The notes under the pieces were generated by a model. The model saw nothing but the letters and a program-made list of their open reading frames with translations. It did not search any database and was not told the DNA's origin. Below are positions 1-11,578 of a stretch of 64,000 nt of DNA, in pieces. Made by a program: the position numbers and the translations under genes. The stretch is from Octopus sinensis. Taxonomy: Eukaryota. The stretch lies in the NCBI RefSeq assembly GCF_006345805.1, contig NC_043003.1:42594001-42658000 (forward strand), written 5' to 3'. Each line of letters starts with the position of its first letter. Position 1 is the stretch's first letter.

Positions 1-177
1 ACTGGTACCCTGAAGAGGGCTACTACACCAGCTCAAAGTCAACCAGGAAACAAATGATAACTAAGTGGTGGTTCCACACTCCTCAGACCTCTGGACTTCC
101 CGCACCAGGGATCCCACAACGGCTAACAGTCATATCCAGGAAATAGAAATATGTATATACGGAGATATATATACCCC

Positions 178-286
<109 letters not shown>

Positions 287-474
287 GGGTTGGACAAAAT
301 AATGGAAATACCTAGTATCATAGCATCATAATTTTGAAATATTTATAAAACCGTCAAAAGCTTGTGTATTTTTATGTTTTTTTTAATTTATAATTAGTGC
401 TGCTTAATATATTTTGTTAAAGTTGCTGTTTCTTTTCAGATATCACGAGTAAAAAGTAATTAAAATTCATTAAA

Positions 475-1935
475 ATGACAGATCTATCGGACTTTCAAAG
501 AGGTTAAATTGTTGGTGTTCATATGGCAGGCGCTAACGTAACGAAAACAGCCGAAGTGTTTGGTGTATCAAGAAGTACTGTCTCGGGCCGGGTGGCCCTT
601 ACACGACTTACATGTCCTACATGAGTGTGACATGGGAAATGGCGGGATACAGGAACTCAAGCGGCATTGAAGATAATAATGAATATATCGATGGATATAT
701 CGAAGAGTAGGAGGTGAAAGACCCTCGCTATAGGGTTTGAAACCTCATCTTATTGTATTATTTGTAATCGTTTATAACCTCAATTGTGTGTTTAAAAAAA
801 AACATGTTAAGTAAGAGGTTTTAGTGCCTCCTTCTTGTAAGAGGTTTGAAACTTCATATTGATTTTAAAAAAAAAGAAAATATGTTTTCGAGAAAAATCC
901 AATCGGCAGGTGTTAGGTTTCGTCTCTCATTTATTCATTCTATTTCATTTTCATTCATTAATGTGTTTGTCCATCCCGCAAAGCTATACACTCTTTGTAC
1001 TGTCTATGATGACAAATTTTATTAAATAAAGACGTACTGTCTCGAAAGTAATGACAGACTTTGAGAAAGAGGGAAAAACCTCCTCGTCGAAACAAAGCTA
1101 AAACTTTGAGATAGGGACCGCCGGACTCTTACGCGAATTGTTAGAAAGGATCACAAAAATACAGCTTCCAAAATTACTGCAGAGATTAATGATCATCTCG
1201 AGAACCCAGTTTCCACAAAAACTGTTCGCTGGGAGCTGCACAAAGCCGGCTTTCACGGGTGAGTTGCCACTACATTCAAAAACAGTCGTTGCAAAGTGTT
1301 TAGAATGATCCCTAAAATTGGTCCCTAGAGCAGTGTGAAAATGTTATTAAAGTCATCCTTTACCTTATTTTCGAACACCGGCCGAGTATACATGTGGAGA
1401 CAGCCAAAAGAAGCATTTGACTCAGACAGACTGCTTTCTTCCAACTATTAAACATGGAGGAGGATCTGTGATGATCCGGTTAGCTATATCTTGGAAATTT
1501 GCCGGCCCAATGGTTTCCTTTCATGACAGAATTTATAGTCAAGACAATTTAAGCGTTTTATCTGATCAAATTCATCCTATGGTTGCGGAACTGTTTCCGG
1601 TGGGAGATGCAATCTTTCAGGATGATAATGTACCAATTTACACAGCTAAAGTTGTTACTGAATGGCACGAGGAACATTCTAGTGAAGTTGAACATCTTAT
1701 GTGCCCATCACAGTCCTCAGATCTCAATATTATTGAACATTTATGGTGCATTTTAGAAAAACAAGTAAGGAATCGATATCGTCGACCATCATCACTACAA
1801 GAACTGGATACTGTTTTAGATGAAGAATGGATAAAAATTCCTTTGGAAACGATTCAAATTTTGCACAATTCCAAATCTCGTAGAATTCAAGCTCTTATTA
1901 CTACCAGAATCGGTCTTACCCCCGTATTAAAATAA
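475..1935 (+). pseudogene. Tc1 transposase pseudogene (stop codon, frameshifts, insertion)
   Basis: ORF 1417-1935 has KHGGGSVM, QDDN and SDLNIIEHLW motifs. The upstream HTH part has a stop and is split by the 586-1028 insertion. Confidence 0.9.
586..1028 (+). mobile_element. 5'-truncated copy (3' end) of the ORF1-only retroelement at 58261-60246
   Basis: Near-identical to the reverse complement of about 58261-58685. Flanked by AAGAAGTACTGTCTCG (570-585) and AAGACGTACTGTCTCG (1029-1044), a 16-bp TSD with 1 mismatch. Confidence 0.9.
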
Positions 1936-1992
1936 ATTTATTTGAAATTTTAAGGTGTTTCCATTATCTTGTCTAACCCCTGTATATATATA

Positions 1993-2023
<31 letters not shown>

Positions 2024-2302
2024 ATTAGATATTGCAACACAAATGTATTTGCCAGTATATATACAGTGAAGCTTTACTATAGCGTCGTAAATTTATCGAT
2101 TGCTATTTCCAGTAAACATTGGTGCACGACTTCTACATTTATACTTCTACCTTTACAGTGCTTTATTTGTCTGGAAAGTAATACATATGTGTTGCAATAT
2201 TTAATTTTTCAATGAAAACTTTTTCACTATTCTGTTAATGGCTAGGCGTTCAGGCGAATATGCAGCCATTGACGTAGCAACATTTGGAATTTTGTCCAGG
2301 TA

Positions 2303-2377
2303 AATCTAGCTGAAGAAGACCAATCAAATTTACGACAACATACGCATTTGAAGAGTCCGAAACCCAGGTACTAGATT
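2303..2377 (+). ncRNA. Type I hammerhead ribozyme motif
   Basis: Stem I AATCTAG/CTAGATT, core CTGAAGA (2310-2316), stem II GAC/GTC plus inner TCAAAT/ATTTGA, GAAA (2359-2362), stem III ACC-CA-GGT, cleavage triplet GUA. Confidence 0.7.
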
Positions 2378-2531
2378 ACCCGATTCTGGGTTGTTCATTT
2401 ATCTAATGTTCTTTCTACAGGCAAGACGAAATTTTTTAATGTTCACTTCCCTAACACGTCTTTGCTATAGCGTAGTAAATTCATCGACTGCTATTTCCAG
2501 CAAATATTGGTGCCTTGTTGTACCACTACTC

Positions 2532-2615
<84 letters not shown>

Positions 2616-3581
2616 CGTATGGTTTAAGCAAAGCCATTATACATCCTTTTCATCGAAATGAATGATCTAATGAAGGAGCTTAATTGTGGACGCTCGAACT
2701 GCTGGAAATAACATTCATCTGTTCTTCGAATAACATCATAGCAACTTCTAAAATGCAAAAAAATATTGCATATTATAGCGCTGCATACACTATATCTGGA
2801 ATTACAGTTGGAATTCCTCTGAAGTTTGATATGATTGATCAGAATTGACCTGTAGTTAAAGAGCTGCAGCAATAGCAAGCTGGGGTTTTCGCCAATATCG
2901 CTATATTAGCTTGGCAGGGAAGGTTGAATGTTTTTTGTTTTTTTTTCTTTTACTACTAAAAGTGTACCAAACTTACAAAGTGAAAAATATCCTCGTGGAA
3001 AGACCAGGATTTACCTGTTGAAGAAATCGTCTTGTTCTACTAGAATTTAGCTATAGACTTCGAAACAGTGTCGAATTTAAATAAATTCCGAATCATAATC
3101 TTCTCTGAGTCATATACCTATCCAAACGATGCTCTATATACCTGTTTTACCTTCAAAGTACATGTCCGTCCATATATTCATCTCTCTTTCTCTCACTCTA
3201 TCTCTTTCAATATGTATGTATTTGTGTGTATGCATCTATGTATGTATATATGTATGTATCATGCATGCATGTATGTATGTATGTATGTATGTATGTATGT
3301 ATGTATGTATGTATGTATGTATACGTGCATGCATATATGTAAGTATGTATGTATGTAAGTATATACATATATATATATATATATACATACCTACATATAT
3401 ATATATATATTATATATATTTAATTTTATTTGTTAGGAAATAAAAATTCCGGCATAACAGGGGTTCAAATTATTCTCAATGAGGAAATATATATTTTCAT
3501 TTAGAGATAGTAGGTCCCTTCATCCCACCATATAAAAGAATTTTAATTTAAATGAAGGGGTCTACTATCTCTAAATGAATA

Positions 3582-3633
<52 letters not shown>

Positions 3634-3634
<1 letters not shown>

Positions 3635-3975
3635 AAGGCGCATGGCTCAGTGGTTAGAGCGTCGAGCTTACGATTGTGAGGTTGTGAGCTCGAATCCCGG
3701 ACCGGGCTGCGTGTTGTGTTCTTGAGCAAGGCACTTTATTTCACGTTGCTCCAGTTCACTCAGCTGTAGAAATGAGTTGCGACGTCACTGGTGCCAAGCT
3801 GTATCGACCTTTGTCTTTCCCTTGGATAACACTGGTGGCGTGGAGAGGGAAGGCTGGTATGCATGGGCGACTGCTGGTCCTCCATAAACAACCTTGCCCG
3901 GACTTGTGTCTAGGAGGGTAACTTTCTAGGTGCAATCCCATGGTCATTCATGACCGAAGGGGGTCTTTACCTTTT

Positions 3976-3976
<1 letters not shown>
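3634..3976 (+). mobile_element. tRNA-derived SINE with CORE-like central domain (family A)
   Basis: A box TGGCTCAGTGG, B-box-like GCTCGAATCCC, then TTCTTGAGCAAGGCACTTT...CAGCTGTAGAAATGAG. A near-identical inverted copy lies at 39940-40245. Confidence 0.85.
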
Positions 3977-4008
<32 letters not shown>

Positions 4009-4264
4009 TATATGCTTCTAGTGAGTTAGGATCTCAGGACAACAGGGCTCTTACCGATGAATTCTCCCTGAGCAAATAAATTATCTTTATTGCTGAAAAG
4101 AACGAAACTGCAGTCTAAGAGTAACCGAGTTAGTAAATGTTTTTATCTTCATTTCACTAAATTTATCTAGCTTCTGTGTTTCAATATATGAAAAAATATA
4201 TGGCTTGTGCTAGAAATACCAGCGATAATAATTAATTTAATTTATCGCAATTTGACTTGTTTAT

Positions 4265-4306
<42 letters not shown>

Positions 4307-4749
4307 ATATAATATATATATATATATATTCATATATATACGTACATACGTTTAATATTTCTCTCTCTCGCTTACTTTGTATATATGAGTAGATGTGTAT
4401 ACACACACACACATACATACAAATACACACAAATCTCTAAAACTGAATTACATTTACAGCGCAACACTCTACTAAAAGGTAGAACGTATGATTTCATTTG
4501 AATAACCGTGGATATATAACCATTGATATCAGATGTAAAGTAGTTAATACTACTGTGCAAATTACTTTGGTATTTATATTTTTCCACTGTTTTTGCTTTG
4601 TTCTGTTTCAACTATTGTTTCTTTGAATCCTACTATATTGTTTCATCCCCATCTAACACGACCACAAGCTGTGATTTATATAATGAACCTCGATGTGATA
4701 TCTTCTGATGCCATTGTGTAAAGTTTTTAGAAGTTTCTTCCACGTCCTT

Positions 4750-5200
4750 ATATGGAGGGTGGACCAAAAGTATTAAAACTAAACAGTTTTATAATAATAT
4801 ATTAGCACTCACGAAAGGCCTTTTTTATATTTGTTTCGAGGTAGGTGCTCGGATATTTTTCATTATATAATTACATATGTATTTGTGAATACGTTTCTGA
4901 ATCATAAATGGAAAATGACCTAACGTCATGTTACGAGACATGCACTAAACTTTTAACTTTCTAATTTCTATTTCAGACGTATCGAGATTAATAGCATGTC
5001 TGATTTCATCCTGATACAGGAAATAACCAGATACACCCTGCTCGTGATTCTAGATCCTAACAGTCACGATTCAGAGACAGTCAGCTTCGTAAAGGTGACC
5101 AAGTTCATTGTGCGCAGGATCGGGAAAATTTTGGAGGCTTCTGATGAGACCATCATCCATGGTCAAGCCATAAATATTCGAAAAGGTGAGACATTGTCCT
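4750..5200 (+). mobile_element. Possible Tc1/mariner (DD37D-like) 5' remnant
   Basis: TIR-like TATATGGAGGGTGGACCAAAAGT; the translation TRYTLLVILDPNSHDSETVSFVKVTKFIVRRIGKILEAS resembles a transposase N-terminal HTH. Highly degenerate. Confidence 0.3.
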
Positions 5201-6092
5201 CAAAAACCAAGTAGTTTAAGACGTTAAAAACTTTTAACTCACGTGAAACAAGCCATATGTATGCCATATGTGATGATGAGATTATAATTAATGGCCTCCG
5301 ACATCTTGTTGCTTTATATTTTTTCTAGTTGGAATTTTCTGGTCTGTTGTATCTAGACTGTCGTTTAGTGGGAGTGGGGACATTTTTATGGATCCATGGT
5401 GACAAGGACACATTAGTGGGTGTGAACAATGGTGAAATTGGTCATATGCTAATGATTTTCTATTCCTGGCATTTAGGCACTGCCAGGCCAAATCCTAGCC
5501 GGTATTGGGGCTGTGTATGTTTTTGTATAGTACATTTCTTTATTGTACTGTACAAAATTTCCTTTAAGTTTCCAAAGGTAACATGACAGAGTAGTAGCGT
5601 TTCGTCGCATGGGATTACGCAATGATTCTAGATGCTGGTCATATATCTTGAAGTTGTTAGCTGTGACTCCTAGTTAGGTTTTTCGTGTGTTGTAGGTGAT
5701 AATCTTATATTAGTATACAATATTACGTTCAAGTCATTCAAAGTCAAGAAGATGCAGTTCAGGATTAGTATGATTGCACTTTTATAGATCTCAGTTATCT
5801 CAGTTATTCGTTACCTTAGTTTGCTCTTCTGGATGTTACATATGAATGGCTTATTGTTAAAAGGTAGTTTCTGTGGTATTGCCGTCAATTTCATTTTTAT
5901 TACTGTTGTTTTTGGTCCTAGGCAAGGAACCGCTAGTACTATGAGTATTACAGTTATGAAATAAATTAAGATTACCGTTATTGGTACTTCTTATCTATTG
6001 ATATGTTATTCAGCGGTCCCTTTATTGTTACAGGTTGTAAATATTCTAGCATATTTTGACTGTCTGACAATGTTATAACTTCTATGTACGAA

Positions 6093-6250
6093 GGCGGCGA
6101 GCAAGCAGAATCGTTGCTTAGCGTCATTTCTCCAAACTCTTTCCGTTCTGAATTCAAATACCACCGTGATCAAATTTACCTTTAATTCTTTCGAGATCAA
6201 TAAAGTAAGTACCAGTCAAATACTAGCGTCAATGTATTTAATTAAACCCA
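6093..6250 (+). mobile_element. SINE family B, partial and diverged
   Basis: Begins GGCGGCGAGCAAGCAGAATCG and continues with TTCAAAT...AATAAAGTAAGTACCAGT, as in the copies at 12953 and 37121. Confidence 0.75.
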
Positions 6251-7456
6251 TCAACCTAAAATTTAAAAAAATATTAAAAATGCCGAAATTTTAAACAATT
6301 ATTAATCCTATGTTATCACTTATCCCCACTCCTGTCCTATTCTTTTATAATCCGTCCTCGATACAGGTACTGTTTATTTGTATGATCACTTAAGTCCTCT
6401 TATATCTGTTTAGGTATTCATTGTTTGTTTTCTGTTTGTTTAGTATTCTTTACATTCCACTTTCTCTTACGTGCATTAAATGACTGCTCTAATAATTCCA
6501 CATTCCTCTCCGTTTATCTCCGTCTAAAATATTACTAGATTACAACTGTTGCTGCCTTTGTTTGCGTATGCTGTTGCTACGACTTCCAGCTTATCGAACT
6601 ATCTTGTATATGAGCGTGGCAATAGGTTACAACTATTTCAGTGAATATTTTCATAATAGCGTCTAAGAGTATGTCCAGAAGGAAAATCAAATTTAATAAC
6701 ATACATACCCAAATCGGACGTTTCTGACCCATGTGTTAATAAAATACTACTGGGTATTATTATGTAGGTTCTAGATCGTTGAGCGAGAGGCGTATTACCG
6801 ACAATTAATAGGAGCTACGTAATTGATTTTGAAAAAATACAGAAGAATTGTATGAAAGAATAAGTGTTCGTTGCTAACACATTTCCATATTTCCCTTTTA
6901 ATTACGCGCACACACACACACAAACACAAACACACACACGCACACACATACACACGCACATACATACACACGCGCGAACACGACACAATACATAGCAGGA
7001 ATGATATTGTAATTAAAATAGCCATTTATGTATTTCACACTTAACATAAATACATCTTGCTACGCAAATTTTGCTTCGGTATTCGTTCGGAGACAGAATC
7101 CCCGATGAGTGCATATGCATGCACGCGTGTATGTATGTATGCATGCATGTATGGGTTCTAGGTAATTTGACTTCTAATACTTTCAGTCTCGGCATTGTAC
7201 CTCCGGTAATATGATCACCGATAATTTGACTGCCAGACAATTTTAACTCCTAATATATTAAAAAAATATATAGAATAAATAAAATAAAACTTTGGAAATT
7301 ATTGCTATTGTTGTTCTTTATTTTTAACCTACATGTCTGTTACAATCACTCGCTGAGAAACACCCTACGTCCTAGAGCGAATGAAGGATAAGAGATGTTA
7401 CAGCATGACTGGAAACTAGGGGAGTTCCAACGTGGAAATAATATTATTATAATTAT

Positions 7457-7536
7457 TGAGTGAGAGAGCAGTGCATGCCATCAAAGTGACATTGGGATAA
7501 AATATACGAAGCCCAGTATACCTATCATGACTACCC
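7457..7536 (-). repeat. Short copy of the terminal part of the (AAT)n-tailed retroposon (family E)
   Basis: TGAGTGAGAGAGCAGTGCATGCCATCAAAGTGAC... matches 7803 and 20614 and starts at the same base after an (ATT)n run. Confidence 0.75.
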
Positions 7537-7580
7537 ATTATTATTATTATTAATATTATTATTATTATTATTATTAAAAA

Positions 7581-7790
7581 GGCAGTGTCGTTAACACTGG
7601 ACGGAATGCTTAGCGGTATTTCGCCCGTCGCTTCGTTCTGAGTACAAATTACACTGAGGTCGACTTTGCCTTTCATCCTTTCGAGGTCAATAAATTAAGT
7701 ACCAGTGAAACACTGAGGTCGATGTATTCGATGTAATCGACTATCCCACTCCCTACAAATTCCAGGCCTTGTGCCTATAGTAGAAAGGAT
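7581..7790 (+). mobile_element. SINE family B copy
   Basis: GAATGCTTAGCGGTATTTCG...GAGGTCGACTTTGCCTTTCATCCTTTCG...AATTAAGTACCAGT...GGCCTTGTGCCTATAGTAGAAAGG. Confidence 0.8.
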
Positions 7791-7802
7791 TATTATTGTT
7801 AT

Positions 7803-8332
7803 TGAGTGAGAGAGCAGTGCATGCCATCAAAGTGACACTGGGGTAAAATATACGAAGCCCAGTATACCCATCATGACTACCCGCCTGATAAGGGTACACC
7901 AGGCACATGCACCACAACCATATGTGCGCGACATGCTGATCTCACATCAAGATAAACAGCATATGACCTTGCAGGTGGGGCCCAATTAGAAATTTCTTCT
8001 GGTCGATTAGCCCATCCCACTCAAAAGATCCCTGAATAAGGATTGTTTAAGGATGTTGAACGAACCACCCATGTTTCCAAAGGTAAATTATCCAAAATTC
8101 CAAGAATTCCTTTCAACACACGGCTATGATGCTTCCCTACTACTTCTGCTCATGATCAGAGATGCCCATATCGTCTGCCACTAAGGGACATGGTCAACCA
8201 GTTAAGGTCGTAGAATATTTGCTGTTGCCCATCTTTTATACCAAGACAAAACAATGTACATGATAACCCTTACAATCAGTTAAGATTAGAAGCCACGAGA
8301 GCCACTGTCTGGTACTGCATCAGGGCATTTAT
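7803..8332 (-). mobile_element. Unclassified interspersed retroposon with (AAT)n tail (family E)
   Basis: The first ~330 bp closely match 20614-20950; both abut an (ATT)n run at the same position. Confidence 0.7.
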
Positions 8333-8462
8333 ATTATTATTGTTGTTGTTGTTTGTTGTTGATGGTGATGTTGATGATGATTTACCGAGTAATCAATTGA
8401 ATTGACAGTATACTTTCAGTCATCCATTCGGCTGTTTTACTTCAGAGTTTACAGGTTTATCT

Positions 8463-9700
8463 GTGATCGATCTCTGCCTCATTCGTTACTTGAAAACGAA
8501 ATATACATACACGTTGCTTCGCGTTCTTAACAGTGTACGCGGAAGGAAGGAACTTGAGAATAACAAGAATTACATATATGAAACGCAGAAGCAAAATGCG
8601 GATGGATCTAAGACTTACTGGAGTTGTGAAATTAATTCCTCTAAAGCACGAGTCCACACCATGCACACCATGACACGCGATAAAGATTATACCGTAATTA
8701 AGCACATTGGAGAACATCATCATAGTCCATGTGCTTCAAAATCCAAAGTACGCAAATCTTTCCCGGAACGAAAAGCATAAGCAGCTGCTTCCCAGGAATC
8801 TTCTCGTTCATTAACTGCGACTGCTTGAGAAAAGTTCGATGAAAATGAAATGGCTCTCATGCCATCCTCTTCGTGTTTAAGTCGCAATATAAGGAACTGA
8901 TGTCAAGCAAAAGTAAGTGCCCCTCCAATCTCTCAGAGTCAATTCGCATATGAGTTACCCAATGAATACAAGTTCCTTGATAAAGGCGAATTTTTCTTGC
9001 AGTTTGATAGTGGTGAAACTGGTGTAGACAGATTACTCGTGTTTGCAAATGATAAAGGGTTTAATGGCTTAATGAATGTAAAACACTGGGCAGATAATGG
9101 AACTCTTAAGCGATCCCCAACTATATTTTATCAGTTGTACACGCTTCATACTCATGTGGGTTCATTCAGTGTTACACCCTCGTTTTTAATAAGCTTAATT
9201 AATTACGTCAAGTACTGAGCCCTGAAAACGTTACGATGGATTTTGAAAAAAACTCACGTTAACAGCATTTTATCTGTGTTTCGTAGTACTTCCATCTCGT
9301 GTTCTCTTTTTCACCTATCTCAAAATGTGTACAGAAAACTATGTTACTTTGGCTTTAAATTTTACGGGTATAATCAGATGTTTTTCAGCGTTGGCTTTGA
9401 ATTATTGTACATAGGATGTAAGGTAGAGGAATTAGACAACGACAGACTTCTCCTTTGTTTCCCATTGATAGTTGGAATGTTCGCTTTAGAAGAGAATCGG
9501 ATATGCCTCGTACTAATAACCATTTAGAGGGATATCGCAACGCACTACAAAATTCTATAACATGCAAACTAGGGAATCTATGGAAATTAATTATTGCATT
9601 GAAAAGGAAAAAAAACCCACTTAGTACAACTGAGAAAAGTTGAACTTGATCGAGGTGCAATCTAAGAGACCCCCAGCAAAAAAGAAAGAAAGAAAAAAGA
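8463..9700 (+). pseudogene. FLYWCH plus MULE transposase pseudogene
   Basis: SVRGRKEL...YIY...KTYWSC...ARVHT...VIKHIGEHHHSP (FLYWCH-like); HWADNGTLKRSPTIFYQLYTLH (MULE DDE start); PRTNNHLEGYRN...LWKLIIALK (C-terminal motif). Confidence 0.85.
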
Positions 9701-9944
9701 TGTATAAAAATATGAAAATATAAGCAAACGGCTGCAGATAATTATTGAGCGATATAGTCCCCAAAATAAGACGGATTTTTTATGAATAATAGTTCATAAC
9801 GTTCATCATTAATGAAGCTTTTAGTAAAAGTTTGTTATACTGTACTTTTTAACTTATCTTTATTCAATGTTTTCTGTTTTTTGTAAAATTGAGTGTGAAA
9901 TTACCAGGAGCCAAATTACCAGCTACCGTATGTATGTATATATT

Positions 9945-9978
<34 letters not shown>

Positions 9979-10893
9979 TGTATGTATGTATGTATGTATG
10001 TATGTATGTATGTATGTATGTATGTATGTATGTATGTATGTATGTATGTATGTATGCATGTATGTGCGCGCGTGTGTATGTATGTGTGTGAGATTGTATG
10101 TATGTATGTATGTATGTATGTATGTATGTACGCTGCATGCTCTGGCTTACTGCAGCCAAGAAATGTAAAACAATGAAAAATTCGACAATAGAATGAAGTA
10201 ATGTGTCAGCGTAGGTGGTAATATCCTTGAACACCTGCTGCAAGAGACGCCCATCGTTACTTCCTTCGTGCTGCTCATGTTTACGAAAACAATCAAGCGA
10301 TGTCATTGCTCGAAATCTAGCTGCAGCCATCATGTATATGCATATGTATACACACATGTGTGAATGTGTGCGAAAGCTTCTATACATACATGCTCATACT
10401 CGTAGAAATATATAAAGAAACGAGTAGGACTATTTTGTAATATTCTACGCATGCCTTCTTGCTTGTTGAATAGCAGACTACTGCTTTTTGTTTCCTTGAC
10501 TGAAACAGGTGTTTGCTGTGGTAATTTCCATTGTTATAAGAATCCTTTTAAAATCTGCTTACATTGTATTCGTTATTGGACAGAATATCATACAAGTCTT
10601 AATCCTAGATTTCACGTGAATATGATAATTAACTTTTTAATCAAGAATTAAATTTAAACATAGTATATTAGCTACCACAACGCGTTTACATTTGTTGTAG
10701 TTTTAATAACATTGTTTAATTAACTTGAGTATTATTTGCAGGTTGACTATTTGAATAAAAAAGATACTTTAAACAATGACATTTGATTTCTGTAATTCTT
10801 AAGAGCTATATATTGCGATAATGGCGTCGGTTGGTGTGCTGCAAAGCAACTAGGACTATCGTCTTACCTAACACTTGGCTTTGAAGAACATAT

Positions 10894-11110
10894 ATAGGAG
10901 GAAGTGCTGAAAAGTTCCTGGCCTTAAGGTTGGCACGAAAGGTGTGATTGAAGTCCCAAACTCCGGAGTTTTTTACGGGTTAAGAAAAACTGAAGAACCG
11001 CTGCAATAAATGTGTGAATCTGAGAGGGGAATTAGTTAGATAAAATTATAACTGACCCTCTTGTGTTTTCTTTTACCCAAAGCTATGAACTTTTCAGCTT
11101 CCCCCTCGTA
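10894..11110. mobile_element. Mariner-derived MITE
   Basis: Termini TAGGAGGAAGTGCTGAAAAGTTC and GAACTTTTCAGCTTCCCCCTCGTA, TA-flanked. A related copy lies at 47590-47776. Confidence 0.7.
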
Positions 11111-11309
11111 TATCCTCTTTCTCGTTCGATAGAAGTTACAACGTTTCACACATCACCAAGAGATTTATTTTTTTATTGCTAATAAAACAATTAAAGTAAC
11201 CTCTCTGTGAGACAACTCACCAGTTTTTGAGGAGGAGATAGGTTTATTCTATGTTTCTTTATCTCATTCGAAGAAAGTAGCTTCTCAAATGGAGAACCTT
11301 GTGGATCTC

Positions 11310-11578
11310 GGTACTACTTAAGAAGAGTGGTTCCGGTGCGCGCACTCGCTTACTCGCGCATCCGCGCTAGCTAATCGTGACTAGTCGATCCTTACTTTGT
11401 GTTTTTGTTTTATTTACTTTGTTTAAAAAATTATTTACTTTGTGTAAAAAATTTATTTATTTTGTGTTTTATTTACTTTGCTAGGTAGTCGTTGTAGGAT
11501 CAACTAGTCACGACTAGCTAGCACGGATGCGCGAGTACGCGAGTGTGCGCACCGGGACCACTCTTCTTAAGTAGTACC
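11310..11578. mobile_element. Mutator-type MITE, ~80-bp TIRs, 9-bp TSD
   Basis: TIR GGTACTACTTAAGAAGAGTGGTTCCGGTGCGC...GTCGATCCT and its reverse complement; TSD GTGGATCTC at 11301-11309 and 11579-11587. Confidence 0.92.

Larger units (their letters stand above)
7154..9927 (+). mobile_element. Mutator-like (MULE) DNA transposon with FLYWCH domain, decayed, with nested retroposons
   Basis: Imperfect termini GGTTCTAGGTAATTTGACTTCT versus reverse-complemented GGTAGCTGGTAATTTGGCTCCT; flanks GCATGTATG/GTATGTATG (9 bp, but inside TATG repeats). The coding evidence is strong; the boundaries are tentative. Confidence 0.55.

Noticed and set aside
8-45. Hammerhead-like CTGAAGA-GGGC...GCTC-AAA at the window start
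   Set aside because: The G of GAAA is missing and stems I and III cannot be formed; at best a decayed remnant cut by the window edge.
3634-3710. tRNA genes
   Set aside because: The A/B boxes belong to SINE heads; no complete cloverleaf was found. No rRNA, CRISPR array or prokaryotic operon is present.
5136-5170. GGCTT-CTGATGA-GACC...GGTC-AAGCC hairpin
   Set aside because: Lacks GAAA, stem III and the NUH site; probably coincidental within a transposase remnant.
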